IMG/VR virus record: IMGVR_UViG_3300042905_002309
Coordinates: 169,278-233,277 of that record
DNA length: 64,000 nt
From: a virus
Taxonomy: Duplodnaviria; Heunggongvirae; Uroviricota; Caudoviricetes
Strand: one strand, 5' to 3'
In this document: piece by piece, positions 23,352 to 32,736 of the stretch
Position numbering within the stretch: the first letter of the stretch is position 1
Layout: every line of letters begins with the position of its first letter
The notes under the pieces: model-generated
What the model saw: only the letters and a program-made list of their open reading frames with translations
Told to the model about the DNA's origin: nothing
Databases searched by the model: none
Made by a program: the position numbers and the translations under genes

Positions 23352-23686
23352 TGACAGCTTCACCCGAATTGGTGCAACAAGGAATACGTAAAGCTTTAAA
23401 AAGTCATTGTCACACTAAGGTAGCTGTGATATGCTTTGATAAGCGTGGTAAATTGCTTGGTGTGGTGGTTAATAGCCAACGGTTTAATCGTAAGGGTGGA
23501 GGTTTTCATGCCGAAATTCAAGCCTTACGTAAGTATGGACAAAGATTATTCAGTATTGTCTTGCTAAGAACAGGGAAGAGTGGCATACTTAGACCAATTG
23601 AATGTTGTCCAGTATGTGCGAAACTTTTAGAAGAGAATAATATTAAAGTAACAACGATTAAAGGAGAGAATTGTGAAGATAGTTGA
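23351..23686 (+). CDS. cytidine/deoxycytidylate-deaminase-fold zinc protein (minimal, 111 aa)
   Basis: HAE(IQAL) ... (C)PVC spaced about 30 aa apart, as in CDA-fold deaminases. Confidence 0.55.
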   Translation: MTASPELVQQGIRKALKSHCHTKVAVICFDKRGKLLGVVVNSQRFNRKGGGFHAEIQALRKYGQRLFSIVLLRTGKSGILRPIECCPVCAKLLEENNIKVTTIKGENCEDS

Positions 23687-23999
23687 AATGGTTGAAGGTG
23701 CTTTTAATGGGTTGAATACTCAAATTGAAACTCTTACCAAAGAGCGTAATGAAGCTAGGGAATGGGTTCAAAAGCTTCAACGTACTACACAGACGTTGAC
23801 TTGTGTGTATTGTGGGCAAATGTATCCACCTAACACACCTACACACGGTTCAGAAGTCTTGACAGAGCACATCAAGGTATGTGAAAAGCATCCTATGCGT
23901 AAGATTGAGGAAGAGAATAAAGAGTTACGTAAGCGTGTGGCAGAATTGGAAAAAGATTTGGATAGTGCTTACAATGAAATGGCAGGAGAGGATATCTAA
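23673..23999 (+). CDS. coiled-coil protein (GTG start)
   Basis: Strong SD AAAGGAGAG lies before GTG 23673. Confidence 0.5.
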   Translation: MKIVEMVEGAFNGLNTQIETLTKERNEAREWVQKLQRTTQTLTCVYCGQMYPPNTPTHGSEVLTEHIKVCEKHPMRKIEEENKELRKRVAELEKDLDSAYNEMAGEDI

Positions 24000-24000
24000 T

Positions 24001-24165
24001 ATGCTCGGTCTAGGTGGGGATGATAAAGATTCACAACGATTTTGGAATCTAATCGTATTTAAGATGTACGCTACTGATGATGAGATTGAAGATATGATGC
24101 CTATATTTGGTATTATTATTTTGCTTGTAATCGTCGGTGGATTGATATATCATTTTTGTAAATAA
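24001..24165 (+). CDS. small membrane protein (54 aa)
   Basis: ATG is 1 nt after the upstream stop. C-terminal TM segment. Confidence 0.45.
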   Translation: MLGLGGDDKDSQRFWNLIVFKMYATDDEIEDMMPIFGIIILLVIVGGLIYHFCK

Positions 24166-24176
24166 GGAGAATTAAA

Positions 24177-25310
24177 ATGAGTGAGAGAAAATTAGCAAGT
24201 ATTCAGAAAATTATTGATGTTAAAGCCATTGACGGTGCTGATAAAATCGAACTAGCCTTTGTCAAGGGTTGGCAAGTTGTTGTGGCTAAGAAGGATGGAT
24301 TCAAGATTGGTGATTTAGTCGTCTATATCGAAATTGATTCACTAGTACCTGATCGTCCTGAATTTGAATTCCTTCGTGAGCGTAAGTTCCGTGTAAGAAC
24401 TATCAAGCTTCGTAAACAGCTTTCACAAGGTCTTATCGTTCCTATTGATACTATTTCTAATTTACGTCATGCTCTAATTTCATTAAAGACTATTGAAGAG
24501 GGTGATGATGTTACAGCACTTATGGGTATCACTAAGTATGATCCACAGGCACAGGAAGAGAAAGCTCTTAGCGTCCCTAAACACCAGAACAAGGTGCTTA
24601 GATACCTTATGAACTTCAAAGCCTTTAGAACGGTTTACTTAAAATTAAATCAAAAGGAGAACGGTTGGCCTGTCGGTGTTGTCTCTAAGACTGATGAAGA
24701 GAATATCCAGAATATGTACAATGTCATTTCTGAGAACTTTGAGAAGAGTTTTTATGTGACTGAGAAGTTAGAGGGACAGAGTGCGACATTCTATACCACG
24801 TTTGAGAAACATTGGGGTTTCAATCGTAAGGTGTTTGGTGTATGCTCTCGTAATATCAAACTTGAGAAACCTGACAACTCTAAGTACTGGCAGACCGCAA
24901 AGCGATATGATCTTGAGAAGGTTTTAAAGTCTTACAAGTGCCGTGTTGCTATTCAGGGTGAGCAAGTAGGTGAGGGTATTCAGGGTAATATCTATAAACT
25001 TACTGGTGTTGATCTATTTGTATTCAACGTGTATATGGATGGTAAACGTTTAGGTGTAGATGAATTGAAGGCATTTTGTGATAAGCATGGTTTAACGACT
25101 GTGCCTGTACTTGATGCAAACTTCGTTCCTTCTAAAGAAATAGTTTGCAATACCAAGGATGTTATTGTACATTACTTACTTGGATACAGTAATGGGACAT
25201 CTGTGTTATACAAGACTATGCGTGAGGGTGTTGTTTTACGATTAAATGAGAATCCTAGCGTATCAGTCAAGGCACGTAGTCCTGATTACTTAATTAAACA
25301 TGAGGAATAA
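24177..25310 (+). CDS. RNA ligase, DraRnl/Rnl5-like (N-terminal OB-like domain plus nucleotidyltransferase)
   Basis: N-terminus KLASIQKIIDVKAIDGADKIELAFVKGWQVVVAKKDGFKIGDLVVYIEIDS is typical of DRB0094-type ligases. Motif I candidate is EKLEG. Confidence 0.65.
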   Translation: MSERKLASIQKIIDVKAIDGADKIELAFVKGWQVVVAKKDGFKIGDLVVYIEIDSLVPDRPEFEFLRERKFRVRTIKLRKQLSQGLIVPIDTISNLRHALISLKTIEEGDDVTALMGITKYDPQAQEEKALSVPKHQNKVLRYLMNFKAFRTVYLKLNQKENGWPVGVVSKTDEENIQNMYNVISENFEKSFYVTEKLEGQSATFYTTFEKHWGFNRKVFGVCSRNIKLEKPDNSKYWQTAKRYDLEKVLKSYKCRVAIQGEQVGEGIQGNIYKLTGVDLFVFNVYMDGKRLGVDELKAFCDKHGLTTVPVLDANFVPSKEIVCNTKDVIVHYLLGYSNGTSVLYKTMREGVVLRLNENPSVSVKARSPDYLIKHEE

Positions 25311-25313
25311 ATT

Positions 25314-25466
25314 ATGAACAAATCAATGACAATAGCATCTTATGTGATTTTTTACCTAGCATTCGGTTTAATAGGATTCGGAACTAGTGGAGATGATGGA
25401 TCAAAATTCCGAGATATCGCAATCTTTTTAATGGGATGGGCTATCTTTATCAGACAAGGGGAATAA
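25314..25466 (+). CDS. small membrane protein (50 aa)
   Basis: SD GAGGA upstream. Two hydrophobic segments. Confidence 0.4.
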   Translation: MNKSMTIASYVIFYLAFGLIGFGTSGDDGSKFRDIAIFLMGWAIFIRQGE

Positions 25467-25561
25467 TATGAAACATACAGCAATAATCTTAATACTATTA
25501 ATTATCTTTGTAATGTTGTTCACTTCTGGTTGTGGATTCATAGTTCTATTTGGTATTTAAT

Positions 25562-25834
25562 ATGATAACTGCATACGGTGAAGATATCGCCTTTGCTATG
25601 TGCGGTGGGTGTCCTGTGCCGAAAGTGGCAAGGGATGCCTTCTGTCATATGTATAAAGGTAATGATGCTATGGAATATGGTAATCTATGTTTATTGCGTG
25701 AGATTGAACGTAGACAAAACGGTATATTAAACTTGTCACCATTCCAACCATGTGATAGTGAAGAAGCTAAAGCATCTTTGGAACGTCGAAGAGAACGTAT
25801 TATAGGTAAAGAATGGCAGGAATATTATGGTTAA
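25562..25834 (+). CDS. hypothetical protein
   Basis: ATG 25562. Confidence 0.5.
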   Translation: MITAYGEDIAFAMCGGCPVPKVARDAFCHMYKGNDAMEYGNLCLLREIERRQNGILNLSPFQPCDSEEAKASLERRRERIIGKEWQEYYG

Positions 25835-26357
25835 AATAAAATATGTTGAGGGTGATCTTACTGATCCTATTTCACTTGTTAGTGATAATGGAATATTAGT
25901 TAGTACGCTTATTATGCATATAGTGAACGATCAAGGTATGATGGGTTCTGGCGTTGCTAGAGCTTTGTATGAAAAATGGCCTAAAGTTCGTAGTGAATAC
26001 ATTCGATGGTTTAATGAACCGAATACTTTTGATGTTGATACAGCTTTCCGACTAGGTAAGACACAATTTGTGACTGTATCCCCACCATCACTATATGATA
26101 TCGTGGTAGCTAATATGGTAGGTCAACACATGGTTGGTGCTGATGAACATGGTAATCCACCTATCCGCTATGATGCCTTGGATAGTTGTTTAACGCATGT
26201 TAAGAATTATGCAGAAAGATTTGAATTTTCTGTACATATGCCTTATAAAATGGGTGCAGATCGTGCCAGAGGTGATTGGAACAAAATTGTACAGATGGTT
26301 GAAGATATCCTTTGCAAAAATGATATCGCTGTGGTAGTCTATAAGTTGAAAGGTTAA
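25827..26357 (+). CDS. macro-domain protein (ADP-ribose / Appr-1''-p processing family)
   Basis: YVEGDLT...IMHIVNDQGMMGSGVARAL...MPYKMGADRARGDW pattern. Confidence 0.6.
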   Translation: MVKIKYVEGDLTDPISLVSDNGILVSTLIMHIVNDQGMMGSGVARALYEKWPKVRSEYIRWFNEPNTFDVDTAFRLGKTQFVTVSPPSLYDIVVANMVGQHMVGADEHGNPPIRYDALDSCLTHVKNYAERFEFSVHMPYKMGADRARGDWNKIVQMVEDILCKNDIAVVVYKLKG

Positions 26358-26358
26358 T

Positions 26359-26526
26359 ATGAAAATAAAAACGTTATGGATTATCAAAGAGAAGGAATCT
26401 GGTGAACATAGATGGTATACGTTCACAAGACAACAAGCCAGAGATACTATTAAGGATTATAGATACTGGAATGGATTTAGTGCTAAACAATTAGTCGTTA
26501 AGCAAGGAAGGGTATTTGAAGTATGA
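26359..26526 (+). CDS. hypothetical 55-aa protein
   Basis: Start is 1 nt after the upstream stop. ATGA overlap downstream. Confidence 0.45.
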   Translation: MKIKTLWIIKEKESGEHRWYTFTRQQARDTIKDYRYWNGFSAKQLVVKQGRVFEV

Positions 26527-26924
26527 ATATTGAAAATGCAGAAAAACGTAAGCAAGGTCGCCCAAAAGATAATACATTTCCTACATTTGTTACATGTCGT
26601 GTGACAGGGAAACAAAGTAAAATTAATGTAACACTTTTGCGTAGACAACTCCAAAAGAACGGTAAAACTATTGAAGAGTATTTGTCAAATTATGTGAGCC
26701 GAGAGGGTAAACACATTGAGGAAGATGCCTCAGATACTACACAAGTACTTCCCCCGATCAATCCAGACCTTGGTAAGGCTATTGAAGTAGAGGAACGAGT
26801 ATACGATGAAGATACGTTAGAAAAACGTAAAGTCATTATCAAAGATTTGTGGAATAAAATTGCACAACAGCCTCCTGAATATTATCAGGAACAATTTAAG
26901 ATTATAGGTTATCGTGGAAAATAA
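26523..26924 (+). CDS. hypothetical protein with an N-terminal GRP (AT-hook-like) motif
   Basis: 133-aa ORF. Confidence 0.55.
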   Translation: MNIENAEKRKQGRPKDNTFPTFVTCRVTGKQSKINVTLLRRQLQKNGKTIEEYLSNYVSREGKHIEEDASDTTQVLPPINPDLGKAIEVEERVYDEDTLEKRKVIIKDLWNKIAQQPPEYYQEQFKIIGYRGK

Positions 26925-27099
26925 AGTAAGAACCGAACTATTATTACAAACTGCTAACATTAGAACGTTATGCAATGAAGTGTTGGATGATTATAACGAC
27001 AAGAAATTAACACTTGTCGAAATGGATGCCCGTATGGTAGTGTTAAGTAAGAAATTAACCGAGTTGTCAGAAAGACTTGAAAATGAAAAATTCGGATAA
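26914..27099 (+). CDS. hypothetical protein (GTG start)
   Basis: 61-aa ORF with a weak SD. Confidence 0.4.
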   Translation: MENKVRTELLLQTANIRTLCNEVLDDYNDKKLTLVEMDARMVVLSKKLTELSERLENEKFG

Positions 27100-27163
27100 A
27101 GCTATTATTATCATTGTAATCCTTTTACTATTTGGTGTAAAATGTTGCTAATGTGCGTGTTAT

Positions 27164-27436
27164 ATGAAACTATTACAAAGTGTCCTACTATCGATTGTGT
27201 TACTTTATTCTGGTGGGTGTGCGGGATATCCATTTGATAACGCTGACCATGAAGCATTGATTTTAATGTATAGTAGGCAACATGCCATTGAAGAACAAGT
27301 GAGACATCAGGCAGAGATTAGTGAAGCGGTAAAAAACTTTCAAATTCAAGCAATTAAAGGTGGCTTTGCTTATTGGGATGTGGTAGACTATTCAGGACGA
27401 GTGGAATTTAAATGGGTTGGACAGAAAAGGAAATAA
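27164..27436 (+). CDS. putative lipoprotein/secreted protein
   Basis: Signal-like N-terminus ending LLYSGGC. Confidence 0.5.
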   Translation: MKLLQSVLLSIVLLYSGGCAGYPFDNADHEALILMYSRQHAIEEQVRHQAEISEAVKNFQIQAIKGGFAYWDVVDYSGRVEFKWVGQKRK

Positions 27437-27437
27437 T

Positions 27438-27902
27438 ATGATTAATTTACAATTAGATATACCTGCATTGGAACGATTGATTGGCGATGATAAAGAATTC
27501 GAATTGAAGTTGAAGGATGGAGTCATTGCGAATTTCGTTGACAAACATCTTAGAGTTCTTTTGAAGGATGAACTTATCAAGGCTAAGATTGAGGAAATCA
27601 CCAAGAAGATTAATGGTGAGGCTGATAAGATCGTTGCCAAGGAATTTGGTAACATGTCTAGTACTGGTTATGGCTATGCAATCAAATTGAATACGGAGTT
27701 TGAGAAGCATCTTAAAAGTCTTATTCGTTCACATGTTGATACTATGGTTTACACTATTATTGATGATAAGGTGAAAGAGTCTATTGCTAGTATTGATATT
27801 GGTGCGTATGCAGACCGTATTATGACGCTTCGTATGAACGAATTGTGTAAAGATGCTATCAACACTAAGGCTAAAGCGTTGATTGCCAATGCTTTGAAGT
27901 GA
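27438..27902 (+). CDS. hypothetical protein
   Basis: ATG follows AAGGAAA. Confidence 0.6.
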   Translation: MINLQLDIPALERLIGDDKEFELKLKDGVIANFVDKHLRVLLKDELIKAKIEEITKKINGEADKIVAKEFGNMSSTGYGYAIKLNTEFEKHLKSLIRSHVDTMVYTIIDDKVKESIASIDIGAYADRIMTLRMNELCKDAINTKAKALIANALK

Positions 27903-27911
27903 GGTATATAT

Positions 27912-28055
27912 ATGGACGGTTCAGCATTCAGCGGTATGGGTGAAGTTATTGCAACGATGATGATAGCGTGTGTAATATTTGTCCCATTAGGTATATGGAA
28001 ATGTGTTGACATTATCATCTGGTTATGGCATCATTTTCACATAGTAATTACTTGA
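27912..28055 (+). CDS. small membrane protein (47 aa)
   Basis: SD GAGGT upstream. Hydrophobic core. Confidence 0.4.
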   Translation: MDGSAFSGMGEVIATMMIACVIFVPLGIWKCVDIIIWLWHHFHIVIT

Positions 28056-28062
28056 GGTAAAT

Positions 28063-28362
28063 ATGAAAACTAAAATAACTAAAATTAGTGCTGTTGATAA
28101 TCCGCTTGTACCTACTGCAAGTGTTGAACAGTATGAGTGTGGACATCTTAATGACTTGTCACCGTTTGATGGGTATTGGGTTACAGGGAAATTGGTTAAA
28201 CCAATTGTCGTAGGCGAATCTATCCTATTGGAGCGTGATTGTCGAAATGGTGTTAAAGTTGATGGAATGTTTGTTTCTTCAACGGTTAAAAAAACTGGTA
28301 AAAATTATGGTAAGTTGTTTGTATTTACAGATAATTCTATCTATAGAGTTGAGGAAGTATGA
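28063..28362 (+). CDS. hypothetical protein
   Basis: SD GAGGT upstream. Confidence 0.6.
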   Translation: MKTKITKISAVDNPLVPTASVEQYECGHLNDLSPFDGYWVTGKLVKPIVVGESILLERDCRNGVKVDGMFVSSTVKKTGKNYGKLFVFTDNSIYRVEEV

Positions 28363-28871
28363 AAATTGTACGTGACTTTCTAAGAGAGGTTTCGCTTGAA
28401 GAGTTCTGTGATGAAAATGATATTGAAATTATCATCCATGAACGTCCTAATGGTAGAGCGACAGGAAACGGCAACTTGACTCGCTATTATGGTGGATTAC
28501 AGAATAATATTAGTACACTCTGTGAAATTATTCGTCCTTCTATATTGAGTGGTGTTGTGGCTAATGGTAATACTGAGGAAGACGTTTTGAATCAAATAGT
28601 AGAAACTATTAGTGAAGAATCTATAACATTTGAAGCGATGAAAAAAGATCGTAGGATTTATAAGGTTCCTCGCTTAATTTCAGTGTGGACAGTTGATAAG
28701 AAATCAATTGCACCACCTGAAGAAAAAACTCATTATAAACCTTCAATTAGTAAAGAAAAATTTGAGAGAAGTTGTAAAAAGTGTGGATATCTAACTAAGA
28801 ATGTTAGTCACGGATATTATAAATGTCATTGCGGTGAATGTCCCGCTATAACTAAAAAGATACCAAAATGA
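28359..28871 (+). CDS. hypothetical protein with a C-terminal zinc ribbon
   Basis: CKKCG...CHCGEC motifs. Confidence 0.6.
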   Translation: MKIVRDFLREVSLEEFCDENDIEIIIHERPNGRATGNGNLTRYYGGLQNNISTLCEIIRPSILSGVVANGNTEEDVLNQIVETISEESITFEAMKKDRRIYKVPRLISVWTVDKKSIAPPEEKTHYKPSISKEKFERSCKKCGYLTKNVSHGYYKCHCGECPAITKKIPK

Positions 28872-29329
28872 AAAAGAAGCCTGAAATGATTATAATGATG
28901 GGCTTACCCGCTTGTGGTAAGAACACTTGGATTAAAAATAACAAGAAGTCTCACGTTGTAGTTGAACTTGATTGGATTCGTAGACATATCTTTGGACATC
29001 AGTATCATAAAGAAGCTGAACCATTTATCATCGGTATGGCGAAAAGTATTACCAGAATGCTTTTATCACAAGGCAAAGATGTGATTATAAATTCAACTGG
29101 TTTGGTGGCACAAATTCGTAATGAGTGGGTGAATATGGCTGATGAATACGAATATACTACCAAAATTGTTTTTATTGACATACCCATTATGAAGTGCTAT
29201 TCTCGTAATAGTAAGCGAGTAGAAGATAAGGTTCCAGAAGAAGTGATTGAACGAATGGGTAACATCTTACAACGACCTAATATCTCTTGTATCGATAAAG
29301 CCGATAAAATTTTGATTGCGGAAGATTAA
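28868..29329 (+). CDS. polynucleotide 5'-kinase-like P-loop protein (Pnk kinase domain only)
   Basis: Walker A GLPACGKNTW. YSRNSKR...VPEEVIERM resembles the remembered T4 Pnkp kinase domain ([20 protein letters not shown]). Confidence 0.6.
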   Translation: MKKKPEMIIMMGLPACGKNTWIKNNKKSHVVVELDWIRRHIFGHQYHKEAEPFIIGMAKSITRMLLSQGKDVIINSTGLVAQIRNEWVNMADEYEYTTKIVFIDIPIMKCYSRNSKRVEDKVPEEVIERMGNILQRPNISCIDKADKILIAED

Positions 29330-29331
29330 TT

Positions 29332-30450
29332 ATGAAGAAAATGACTGTTGAAGATTTGCGAAAGACAGGATACATCATCTTTGAATGTATCAGTGGTTCA
29401 CATGCTTATGGAACCAATATTGAAACCTCTGATACCGATATCAGGGGTATCTATATTTTTCCTGAAAGTGAAAAGACTTTATTTGACGATCACCAATTGG
29501 AAGTCGCTGATGATAAACAGGATATCAAGTTTTTTGAACTACAGAAGTTCATGCAACTTTGCGCTGAAAATAATCCCAATGTGTTAGAGCTATTGTTTAC
29601 TCCCGCTGAGTGCATCATTTATAAGGATGCCCGAATGGATGTATTACTTACCAATAATGAATTGTTTGTAAGTCAGAAGTCTTACCATAGTTTTAATGGA
29701 TACGCTTATGCACAGATTCAAAAGGCAAAGGGTAAGAATAAGAAGGTGAATAATCCGAAGCCTGTAGAGCGTCCTGTCAAGGAAGATTACTGCTTTGTAA
29801 TTCCAGAGGGAAGGATATACAATCTTCCACCTGCTAGACCTATTAAACTTACTGAAATTACTAGTACTTATGGTGGCAGTACCGAAGTAGTTCCTTTTGA
29901 TTTGAGTAAATTTAATTGTGCTAGACTTGAACAAACTGCACATATCTATAGACTTTATTACTACGGTGATGAAGCTAAAGGTGTGTTTCGTGGTGATGAA
30001 AATCTTGTGCCAGAGTCTATCCCATTGGAAGACGAAGTTACTAAGTTTTATGGCTTACTCATTTGGAATGAAGATGCCTATAAGCGTGATGTAGCTGAAT
30101 GGAAGTCTTATTGGGAGTGGAAGAATAATCGTAATGATGCACGTTGGGTGGATCAGGAAAAGGGATTGCTTGACTACGATCAAAAGAATATGATGCATTG
30201 CATGAGACTAATGTTAAGTGGAAAGAACATCTTGACAAATGGTGTGCCACTTGTTCGATTTGATGGTGAACAGTTGCAGTATCTACGTGACATTCGTGCA
30301 GGTAAGTTTGAATATAATTTTATTATGAACGCTGTTGAAGAAAAGATGAAGGAATTGGAAGTATTAAAGGATACTACTAAGCTTCGATATGCTGTTGATA
30401 ATTACGCAATTAGCGAGATTTACAAAAAGTTGATTTATTACACACTTTAA
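29332..30450 (+). CDS. RlaP-type nucleotidyltransferase (RNA-repair-associated Pol-beta superfamily)
   Basis: GSHAYGTNIETSDTDIRGIY matches the GSxxYG...SDxDxxG signature remembered for PF10127-like proteins. Confidence 0.6.
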   Translation: MKKMTVEDLRKTGYIIFECISGSHAYGTNIETSDTDIRGIYIFPESEKTLFDDHQLEVADDKQDIKFFELQKFMQLCAENNPNVLELLFTPAECIIYKDARMDVLLTNNELFVSQKSYHSFNGYAYAQIQKAKGKNKKVNNPKPVERPVKEDYCFVIPEGRIYNLPPARPIKLTEITSTYGGSTEVVPFDLSKFNCARLEQTAHIYRLYYYGDEAKGVFRGDENLVPESIPLEDEVTKFYGLLIWNEDAYKRDVAEWKSYWEWKNNRNDARWVDQEKGLLDYDQKNMMHCMRLMLSGKNILTNGVPLVRFDGEQLQYLRDIRAGKFEYNFIMNAVEEKMKELEVLKDTTKLRYAVDNYAISEIYKKLIYYTL

Positions 30451-30452
30451 TG

Positions 30453-30481
30453 TTGACTATGCTATCTTTGTTTGGTATCGT
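30453..30481 (+). promoter_or_regulatory. promoter (TTGACT 30453-30458, N17, TG-extended TATCGT 30476-30481)
   Basis: Read directly from sequence. The track TTG start at 30472 lies inside it. Confidence 0.55.
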
Positions 30482-30525
30482 ATTTAGCAGTGGTGGAAAT
30501 AATAACAAACAAAAGGGATAAAAGA

Positions 30526-31281
30526 ATGAAGAAAATTATTGTAATGGTGTTGGCAGTGTTGATGTGTGTCTCGTATGCTGATGCTAGAGGTTCAAGTTCT
30601 AGTTCACGTTCATCTGGATCACGCTCTTATAGTAGTAAGAGTTCTACCTCTAGTAAATCATATAACTCTTCTAGTAGGTCTGCAACACCTAGTAAGTCTG
30701 TCAGAACCCCTAGCATTACTCCAAGGTCTACACCCGCACCATTGACGATGCCAAAATATAACTCATCTTCAAGTAAAATTACTCCTAAATATACTCCTGC
30801 ACCTATTAAAACCTCTTCCCGTAGTTGGTTTAATAAGTCTACTCCAAGTCACTCAACAAGTCGAATGGTTCCTAATTATCATCGATCATATTCCTATGAC
30901 CGTCCTTCCTATACCACACATCATTCATCAGGGTTTGGAATGACTGATTATTTGATGTTGTATATGATTTTTGGCAATCATAATAACAACTCTACAAAAA
31001 GTTATGTAAATAACGCATATCCAGTTGCACCTACACTTGTAACAACTCGTTCAAATGTGGTAACGACCGTTCCTGCATATCTATGTAATACACAGTATCT
31101 TGGAACAGTTGAAGCCGATGAAAGAGTCAATGGAACTTATACCGTGTCTGATGAGACAGCAAGAAAAGTTGAACAAAGTAAAAATAGTGTTATGCTTTTC
31201 AACGTGGGTATGCTAGTATTGATCGTGTTGGCAGTATTTGGAGTGATTGGTTGGATTGTTTATATTAAAACGAAAGGATAA
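30526..31281 (+). CDS. Ser/Thr/Pro-rich secreted protein with signal peptide and C-terminal TM anchor
   Basis: MKKIIVMVLAVLMCVSYADA signal, low-complexity SSSSSRSSGSRSYSSKSS..., C-terminal LFNVGMLVLIVLAVFGVIGWIVYI. Confidence 0.65.
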   Translation: MKKIIVMVLAVLMCVSYADARGSSSSSRSSGSRSYSSKSSTSSKSYNSSSRSATPSKSVRTPSITPRSTPAPLTMPKYNSSSSKITPKYTPAPIKTSSRSWFNKSTPSHSTSRMVPNYHRSYSYDRPSYTTHHSSGFGMTDYLMLYMIFGNHNNNSTKSYVNNAYPVAPTLVTTRSNVVTTVPAYLCNTQYLGTVEADERVNGTYTVSDETARKVEQSKNSVMLFNVGMLVLIVLAVFGVIGWIVYIKTKG

Positions 31282-31378
31282 ACATGCGCTAGATAATAAA
31301 GATAAAGTGTGTGAATATGTTGGATAAAGTGTTGATAGTAAATGTATTAAATAAATGTTAGTAAAAGAAAGAATAAAA

Positions 31379-32650
31379 ATGAAAACAAAGTTGATTGTGT
31401 TGGGATTGTTGACGTTGGTGGTAGTGTGTATTTGTGCGTTGTGGGGTCAGGCTGTTGAACCTGTCATTTCTACGAAGTTGGCTCTTGCCAATGTGAATGG
31501 AACTGATGGCGATTGGCAGACCTTGAACGTGTTTACAGCTAATAAGTTCTTGATTAAGACTGTATTAGTGGCTTTGCTTGGCATCGTGGCAATGTTTATG
31601 TTCCTTCCTAAGAATACTGGTAAGAACGTGAGTATTGTTATTGGTATGCTTATCATTGGTTTGAATACTACTGGTTGTATGCGACCTTACGATATTCCTG
31701 AATACAGGGATGTTAAGCCTAATGAGACAGCTTTCGTCATTCCTTTGGATATTGACGGAAACGGTCAAGTGAAGTTCAACTCTGCATCATTCTTGGAAAC
31801 GAAAAAGGTTGCATCTAAGCGTATTCAGGTTATGCATCGTTGGGTACAGGAAGGTCGCTTGATCGCTGATGGTAAGTATATTCCGACTTCTGTATTGATT
31901 ATCGTTGATCGTCAACCTGTTACAGAGGAATGGGTTGCAAAAGAAGGTCAGGTAAAGGGTAAAGATAATGCTATCTGGACTGAAAGTATGGATTCAGTTG
32001 GATTCAGCATGGGTTGGACTTGTACCGCTTATATCAAGGAAGAGGATGCTTCTAATTTCTTGTACTTCTACCCTAGTTCTGGTTTGAAAGCTGTTATGAA
32101 TAGTGAAATTCGTGGAAGGGTTCAAATGACTTCTGCTAACTTCTCTGCTCAGTATAAGCTTGACGATTTGCGTAATAAGAAGAATGAAATGGCAAAGAAG
32201 GTTCAGGAAGATGTTATTGAGTTCTTCAAGACTCGTGGTATCACTATTACAATGGTTGGTATGTTCGGTGGTATGACCTATGAAAATCCTAAGATTCAGG
32301 ATGCTATCGATCAGACCTTTGTAAGTCAGCAGGAAAAGGTTAATGCGTCAGCTTTCTTGGATGCACAGAAGGATAAGAATGCTCGTATTAATAGCGAGGC
32401 TACGGCACTTGCAGAAGCGTCACGTTCAAAAGCCAAGGGTGAAGCTGATGGTATTGAGTTTATCAATGTCGCACTTGCCAAGGCTAATAACAACCCTCAG
32501 TTGATTGAGTTGCGTCAAATTGAGGTTGAGAAGGCACGTATCGACAAGTGGAATGGCACGTATCCTAGCACCGTTGCAGGAGCAGGGGCGCAGACATGGG
32601 TAGGATTGTCCCAAAAGGATGAAGTAGCACCTGTAATGCCTAAGAAATAA
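31379..32650 (+). CDS. membrane protein, SPFH/band-7-like
   Basis: Two or three N-terminal TM segments. Ala/Lys/Glu-rich C-terminal helix (ALAEASRSKAKGEADG...) as in HflK/prohibitin-type proteins. Assignment is by eye only. Confidence 0.5.
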   Translation: MKTKLIVLGLLTLVVVCICALWGQAVEPVISTKLALANVNGTDGDWQTLNVFTANKFLIKTVLVALLGIVAMFMFLPKNTGKNVSIVIGMLIIGLNTTGCMRPYDIPEYRDVKPNETAFVIPLDIDGNGQVKFNSASFLETKKVASKRIQVMHRWVQEGRLIADGKYIPTSVLIIVDRQPVTEEWVAKEGQVKGKDNAIWTESMDSVGFSMGWTCTAYIKEEDASNFLYFYPSSGLKAVMNSEIRGRVQMTSANFSAQYKLDDLRNKKNEMAKKVQEDVIEFFKTRGITITMVGMFGGMTYENPKIQDAIDQTFVSQQEKVNASAFLDAQKDKNARINSEATALAEASRSKAKGEADGIEFINVALAKANNNPQLIELRQIEVEKARIDKWNGTYPSTVAGAGAQTWVGLSQKDEVAPVMPKK

Positions 32651-32671
32651 CTTTAACCAGAAGTTAGAAGT

Positions 32672-32702
32672 CCCCTGCCCGAAAGGGTGGTGGATTTTTT
32701 GT
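32672..32702 (+). terminator. rho-independent terminator
   Basis: CCCCTGCCC-GAAA-GGGTGGTGG hairpin followed by ATTTTTTG. Confidence 0.65.
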
Positions 32703-32730
32703 TGACAGTATCACGTTTTTATGAGAGACT
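32702..32730 (+). promoter_or_regulatory. promoter, leaderless type (TTGACA 32702-32707, N17, GAGACT 32725-32730; ATG at 32737)
   Basis: Read directly from sequence. Six nt lie between the -10 box and the ATG, with no SD. Confidence 0.6.
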
Positions 32731-32736
32731 ATAAAC

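Noticed and set aside
25468-27150. Micro-ORFs of 21-30 codons (25468-25560 lipobox-like, 27085-27150, 58348-58434)
   Set aside because: They are too short to support without expression data, so they are not listed as features.
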